A DNA stretch of 5,109 bases from a virus, in the IMG/VR virus record IMGVR_UViG_3300045988_011322. The stretch is one strand, 5' to 3'. Shown one piece after another: positions 4,962 to 5,109 of the stretch (position 1 is its first letter; the number at the start of each line of letters is the position of its first letter). The position numbers and the translations under genes were made by a program. The notes beneath the pieces are model-generated. The model was given only the letters and a program-made list of their open reading frames with translations, made no database searches and was not told where the DNA came from.

Positions 4962-5109
4962 ATGGTTTGTTTTAATCCTATGCTTATGACTGATGTTGTT
5001 GGAGCGTATACTAAAAATGGTAAACAGCATCGTGCTTTCTATGGTTCTTTGGCCAATAATCCTCATCTCGCTTCTGATAATAGGTTTATTCGTGTTCCCT
5101 GTGGTCAGT
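4962..5109 (+). CDS. VP4: Replication initiator protein VP4 (HUH rolling-circle endonuclease), N-terminal part; continues at position 56 through the circular junction
   Basis: ATG 4962 follows GGTGA (4953-4957). Translation is MVCFNPMLMTDVVGAYTKNGKQHRAFYGSLANNPHLASDNRFIRVPCGQ, which runs in frame (5055 is equivalent to 1) into CLGCRLERSRQWAVRC. This is the Cys-rich N-terminus typical of microvirus Rep proteins. Confidence 0.85.
   Translation, partial: MVCFNPMLMTDVVGAYTKNGKQHRAFYGSLANNPHLASDNRFIRVPCGQ
5055..5109. repeat. Terminal redundancy, right copy (identical to 1-55)
   Basis: Exact 55/55 match to the window start. Confidence 0.97.

Larger units (their letters stand above)
1..5054 (+). 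other. Complete circular Microviridae (gokushovirus-like) ssDNA phage genome, unit length about 5,054 nt
   Basis: Gene set VP4, VP5, VP3, VP1, VP2 plus a small basic protein, all on one strand with tight or overlapping junctions. The exact 55-nt identity of the window ends implies circular closure. Confidence 0.9.

Noticed and set aside
4957-4989. ATG 4957 opening a 10-codon mini-ORF (MLWFVLILCL) just upstream of, and overlapping, the VP4 start
   Set aside because: It is out of frame with Rep and stops at TGA 4987-4989. It would begin only about 5 nt from the predicted transcription start. It could be a trivial uORF, but nothing supports a function.
1-5109. Search for tRNA, rRNA, CRISPR arrays, toxin-antitoxin or defence or anti-defence cassettes
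   Set aside because: I saw no cloverleaf-like structures, repeat-spacer arrays or recognisable enzyme motifs beyond the Rep HUH domain. The genome is fully occupied by the microvirus core genes plus the small ORFs reported above.

Overview
The window is one complete, circularly permuted ssDNA phage genome of the family Microviridae, with gokushovirus-like gene content. Bases 1-55 are identical to 5055-5109, so the unit genome is about 5,054 nt and the window ends are an assembly overlap. All credible genes are on the + strand. The replication initiator VP4 is split across the window ends (4962..5054 joined to 1..819). It is followed by an orphan ORF (820-1101), a VP5-like protein, the internal scaffold VP3, major capsid VP1, and pilot/minor capsid VP2. 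After VP2 come a small protein with a hydrophobic N-terminus and a 36-aa arginine-rich ORF that is absent from the supplied ORF track and resembles phiX174 J or gokushovirus ORF8. Non-coding signals include a perfect consensus sigma70-type promoter in front of VP4, whose 17-nt spacer contains a 10-nt tandem duplication. There is a second TTGACA/extended -10 promoter at the VP4 stop and a canonical intrinsic terminator between VP5 and VP3. A 13-bp perfect stem-loop before VP1 carries ACTTGAT in its loop, the core of the phiX174 origin nick site. The terminator shows that the track's VP3 start (1372) is wrong; TTG 1462 behind a 10-nt Shine-Dalgarno sequence is the likely start. I see no tRNA, rRNA, CRISPR or defence-type cassette. 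The novelty candidates are the small accessory ORFs and the regulatory and origin-like architecture. All protein family calls come from remembered motifs, not from database searches.
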